Source: Ylistrum balloti (taxonomy: Eukaryota). From it: a stretch of 64,000 nt of DNA. The notes below the pieces were generated by a model. The model was given only the letters and a program-made list of their open reading frames with translations. It did no database searches and was not told the DNA's origin. Both the position numbers and the translations under genes were made by a program. Of this stretch, positions 51,501 to 57,500 are shown one piece after another (positions within the stretch are counted from its first letter, which is position 1; each line of letters opens with the position of its first letter). Location of the stretch: the NCBI RefSeq assembly GCF_031769215.1, contig NW_026781876.1, positions 1,054,001 to 1,118,000 of the forward strand. Reading direction: 5' to 3'.

Positions 51501-54500
51501 CTCCTCGAGTGTGGACCCTACGTCCATCAGGTCTGGTTCCATTTGGTGTACGCGCACTCTGATCCATTCTGCACCCTACAACATAAACGGTCATTCAAGG
51601 TCAACCTCTGTTACACACTTGAGTCAATTAAAACACGTCATGAGTTCAGTGCAATGTGGTCACAACTGCATACAAGTTCAAGACAACATAAATAGATACA
51701 ATTTTAGATTAAAATAATAGATCAATCACAGTCACAGACGATGGAGCAAGCCAATTCAAGGTCACAAAATCGCACAACTTCAGAAAAGATCATTGAAACA
51801 GTAAACAGTTTTGTTAAGGATCATACTTGATCACTTCCAAACAAATTAAAAATCAAACAAACTTTCAGAGTTTTATTTTCTCTCTGAAATATGTTTATGA
51901 TAAATCAAGAAAGGTCAAATAAAGGTCAAGGTCATACAATATAACTCATCTGAAATTTGACCCTTACAATACATAATGTTACATATGTTACATTATACAT
52001 GCATATTTTACACTTAATGTTAGAACATTCATATAATCCCAAAATTCCGGGGTTTTTTTTATGAAGATTAGTCCAAGACGTACCAGATGTTATCCCCCCT
52101 CCCACCCCCCTCGAGCTTGGTATACCAGCAAGTTGTGCTGGGAAGTTGTAAACTGTCGAAGATGCTTACTTCTTCCTCTATCTATTTGTGGACTATCAGA
52201 CTAGAAGCCAGAAGAGTTTATCTAGTAAATCACGGAAAGCGCTATTAACAGCTGGTATAAAGCCAGTCCACATGATTAAGGAGAGGGGAACATCATCTAA
52301 AGAGTGGAAGTACTTCAAAATGAGGAACCGGCACCAACTACTGAATTAAACGTCTGAATATAACTATATACAAAATAATACTGGGCAGCTGAAGAAAACT
52401 CTTTACTATAGATAGAGTATGAGGAAAAATAGTTCTGTAAAATGTATGGTACACTATGGCAGCATGTTCTGGTTTCTGTTGGAGGAGATTTCACAATGTT
52501 TAATCTTCAACTGGGCCTGGTTTCTTTCAGAATAAAGTTAGGTAACACAGAACCCAGCTTATAGCAGTACGCTGTGGTGTACTGGCATCTGTAAATAGAA
52601 CAGGTAACAAATTTCCAGTACAGCTGTGAGGAGCTATTTTTTGTAGAACTGCAGGTAGGTGAATGCTCACTGGAAATTTCTTACCTTCATTTTACATGGG
52701 CATGAGATATACAACCGTATCACTATCTGCCCCTTACACCCCCCCCCCCCCCCCCCCACCCCCACCTCCCTCCTACTCTGGGCTATCCTTTCCTGGCATG
52801 TGAGGGCACAGATTAGTGGTACAGGATGACCAGAATAGTAGCAGGGAGGTGATTATATTGTCCTTATGATATATAGCAAGTATAAACCACATCAATTGTG
52901 CACTTTTGAAGGAAATCAGAGTATAACCCTGAGATAACTCACATGGTCGGGTCATAGAGTTTCATGTTATATCTGAGAATCAAACCAATAATTAACTATT
53001 TTGAGAGCAAGTGATTGACCACTGCATCACATACTTAGTAACACTTTTCACAAGGGCATAATGAGGCATTAGAACAAATCATAATGTTGTGGACAACATG
53101 ACTTTCAATGGTCAATTCCAGTATCCCAGGGCATTAACATTACTGTTCAAGAAAAATGTTTGATATAGCCTCAGGACGGAGAATGGGTCCAGAATATACA
53201 GAACTGAGTGGATAGGAGCTATGGAGTGGTGCCAAAGGCGAGCTGGTACAGAATCACTACTGATAAAACTCAAAGTTTAGCTTATATTGTTGTGTTAAAC
53301 CCTAACTCTGGAGATGATCAGTCAAACTAATAACATACCAATGAGTATATCAGAGGAAACCCAACACCACAGGGTAAAGAGTTGTTATGCAGGACTTTCT
53401 GTTAATATCACAGAAAAGCACTTGACTAGGAACTCTTTTATCTGGAAGTTTTTTAACAGATTGATTTTATTTGTGAACAACCTACTGAAAAACTATTAAT
53501 TTTAAACTGCTGAATTAGGTACAAGTTGATTTACTGAGCTGTAATCATCCACAGAATCAAGTGTCCATGAAATAAATTTTATTTTTGAAAAAGCATGAAA
53601 ATTGATCCGTTCAAAATGCTTTATATAATATACTGCTAATAAAGTAATACCAAGTCATCAGTGCTCGGTAGATTTACAGCTGATCAAGTAAAACCAAGTC
53701 AGCAGTGCTCGGTAGATTTACAGCTAATAAAGTAAAACCTAGTCATCAGTGCTTGGTAGGATAAAACCAGCAGCTGATCAAGTAAAACCAAGTCATCAGT
53801 GCTTGGTAGATTTACAGCTGATCAAGTAAAACCAAGTCAGCAGTGCTTGGTAGATTTACAGCTGATCAAGTAAAACCAAGTCATCAGTGCTTGGTAGATT
53901 TACAGCTAATAAAGTAAAACCAAGTCATCAGTGCTTGGTAGATTTACAGCTGATCAAGTAAAACCAAGTCATCAGTGCTTGGTAGATTTACAGCTGATAA
54001 AGTAAAACCAAGTCATCAGTGCTCGGTAGATTTACAGCTGATCAAGTAAAACCAAGTCATCAGTGCTTGGTAGATTTAAACAGTATGAAAATTCAATACA
54101 AAATTCTTATGCTTATGTACTAACATAAATTTTAGAAATGACCCTGTCATTTAAGGATAAAAATTAATTGAAAAGTCTGTAGACCACATGGTTTGTGATA
54201 TTCTATATTTGGTCATCAGTGCGATTTTTGTATGCTTATGTACTAACATAAATTTTAGAAATGACCCTGTCATTTAAGGATAAAAATTAATTGAAAAGTC
54301 TGTAGACCACATGGTTTGTGATATTCTATATTTGGTTCGTTTTGTTGGAAAAGAATTTTCGTTACTGTAACCTAAGTTGGATATCTACGAATATTAGGTG
54401 ATAAGTCTATTGAAACAGACAAGTGGTGTTCTATGGATGGTTTTGTGAAGTCAATTTTATTTCATAGGTAAAGAAAGAATTGGGAGTAAACAGGAGAGAA

Positions 54501-57500
54501 TTTGTACTTGTACTAATAAGGCACAAGCTGTTGAAGATAAAAACATGAATCAGTGGAGAAAGTTTCTTTAACAAGTCTTTATCGTCAGTCTTACATCATC
54601 CTTGTGATAGGTTCAAAACAAGACCACCATGCTAACCTGACCATTAAGTACAGACATCTAAAGATGCAGAGAACCACTCGTGGTAAAACAGTCAAACTCA
54701 AAACTCACTGAACTGTTTTCACCTAGACAATTCAAGCACTCGATCTAAATAGAGTCTGCAAAAACCAGATACCAAGTCACTGTTGAGATCCTGATTACAA
54801 ATCTGAAAATTTGGATTATTTTCAATATCTCACAACTAGTTTATCATACCATGTGATTTAAAGAACTTTTCTCAGTCCTGTTCTAAGATTATCTTGACTG
54901 TTGATAAATGACTGATGATACAACATATATCCCTGCTGTTACAGTGACATAAACCCTGCACCTGAAAAGTTTTTCTACTGAAAAAGCCCTAGAATGTTAC
55001 GTCCTGTTAACTACATATTTCCTCTTTGCCAACCCCACTGCCTCCACAAGAAGAAACCAAGTGTCAATGATACAAGATGATAAGACCAAAGGCCTGAGAT
55101 GCTGATAGCTCCACTCAACAATAAAACAGGGTTATGTAACCAAACACAGAGTTATGATATATCACCAGTTCCTTACTGTTACAAGTGATAAGATATAGCA
55201 CAGTGGACATGGAAGATTATCATTGCCATCTGATCTGACTGGGCACATGTTGGTATGACTGCACAGCCTCCTACACCCTAGAGAGCTGTCAATACCCAGC
55301 CAAAGGATTCTGTATCCCTTATCTATCTGTCTGACTCACACTTTCATCTCTCCTATATCTCTAAACTCCAAGACACACACACTTCTGTTACTATACTGAG
55401 GTACTCCTTGTCTGTCCAAGTTTACGACTTGAGCAAGTCTAGGCCAGCCTAATCACAAAACACGCATATTGATATTAGTCTGTGTTATCACTTCATTCCG
55501 AACTGAACCATAATACCCTTACCTCCTCCTACAAATCTGACTCAAGTTGATACATCCCATCTGTAAAATATTGATATAATTTCTACTTCTGGATTCTAAG
55601 TTCCATCCTTAACAGTTATATAGTCATCACTAAAGTCAATGACACTTAACATAACAAACTCAATTGCAAAACGATCATCTTTAATGGAAATTCCAAAATC
55701 CATCCCCTCACTCCCGTCATCTTCCTCTCCCCTCCCCAAACATATCAAAATTAACTTTTCAGAGTGAGAAAACAATAAACAAGAATGAAAACGTGTCAGA
55801 ACAAATAATATAAATTTAAACAGTCAGGCATTTAGGACTGGGCATTAGAATGTGTGGCGGATTGTAGGTCCCCCACAGTCTGTGTTATAACATAGATACA
55901 GTCTAGAATAAACATGACATAGTGATGAGGATCTTATATTACCCACTGAAGAGTCCGGTAATACTAATGCAGTGACTGTTTTCAATTCACATCAACAAGA
56001 AATCCTTTCACAGAAATCAGTAATGACCTTGACAGAACACCTTCTCTAGCTTTCCCCTACCCTCCCCCTCCCTCTTTGTAATAAGAGATAATTAGTATGT
56101 ATTAACACAGCACAACCCTTGTCCAAGAAAGCTATATTTAACTAGGACTACAGTAGCCATCAGCACTCTGTACCTTCTTGGATTACAGTGAAGTAGCTGG
56201 CCTATGTTATGAAATAAATTCTATCTGGAGTAGGGCCCATATTTTTGCCCTATAGAACTACCAGAAAATGCCCTGACTACTCTCCCTGGTTTAGCCCTGT
56301 ATCAAGTCTGGCAGTACTTTACCATAACCACTATATACACAACCCTTTGCAGATTGGACTGTAATAAAATCTGTACCAGGTATTATATAAATACCTACAT
56401 CCAATACTTGGCAGTGCCAGTATCCTAAGGTACACAGATTTTACCTCAGGGACTGGTGCTGTACTGGAGGAGGCTACCAACGGGAGATATCAGACATGAT
56501 GCCACTCACTGCAGGATATTTTTTTATCCTCACTATCTTTGAGATGGGATTCCTGCCAGAAACTGTCTACATTCCTGATATGTTTCTCATATGTTTGTGG
56601 TATGGGATGGTACAGGGTAGCAGTCACGGATTTATTGGCTAATTCTCTGTACCGACCATCACCAGTAACACAAGAATCTGATGATAAATATCAGACATTT
56701 TTTTTTGTAACCATCTCTCATCACTTCCATCTTTATTTTTGGCATAAGTTCATCTTTCAGAAACTGCGTCTTTAACTTGAAGACTAAGAACTATGATTAC
56801 ATAATGCCTATCTATTATTTAACAAACGTAGCACTGTTCATATGCATTTAATTTCTCCCTTTCTTCACAAAAGTAACATTTTGTAATCATTTAATGGGCA
56901 AGTGGCAACTCTTGGACATAACAGAACTCCTCAGTCAACTTATCAGTCAAAGACACTCTTTCAAAACAAGTTTTACTTCTGCCAAACTACAAGCAAATAT
57001 GGTCTCATCAAACAAATGGTCTTTCAAGACAGGTTTTACTTCAGTCAACTTACAAGCAAATGATGGTCTTACAAGCAAAAGATGGTCTTTCAAGACAGGT
57101 TTTACTTCGGTCAACTTACAAGCAAAAGATGGTCTTTCAAGCAAAAGATGGTCTTTCAAGACAGGTTTTACTTCAGTCAACTTACAAGCAAAAGATGGTC
57201 TTTCAAGACAGGTTTTACTTCAGTCAACTTACAAGCAAATGATGGTCTTTCAAGACAGGTTTTACTTCAGTCAACTTACAAGCAAAAGATTGTCTTTCAA
57301 GACAGGTTTTACTTCAGTCAACTTACAAGCAAATGATGGTCTTTCAAGACAGGTTTTACTTCAGTCAACTTACAAGCAAAAGATGGTCTTTCAAGACAGA
57401 AGATGGTCTTTCAAGACAGGTTTTACTTCAGTAAACTTACAAGCAAAAGATGGTCTTTCAAGACAGGTTTTACTTCAGTAAACTTACAAGCAAAAGATGG

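Noticed and set aside
53636-54078. CRISPR-like appearance of the regular arrays (also 49.2, 57, 59.8 and 63 kb)
   Set aside because: Head-to-tail repeats without unique spacers, no cas genes, eukaryotic intron context.
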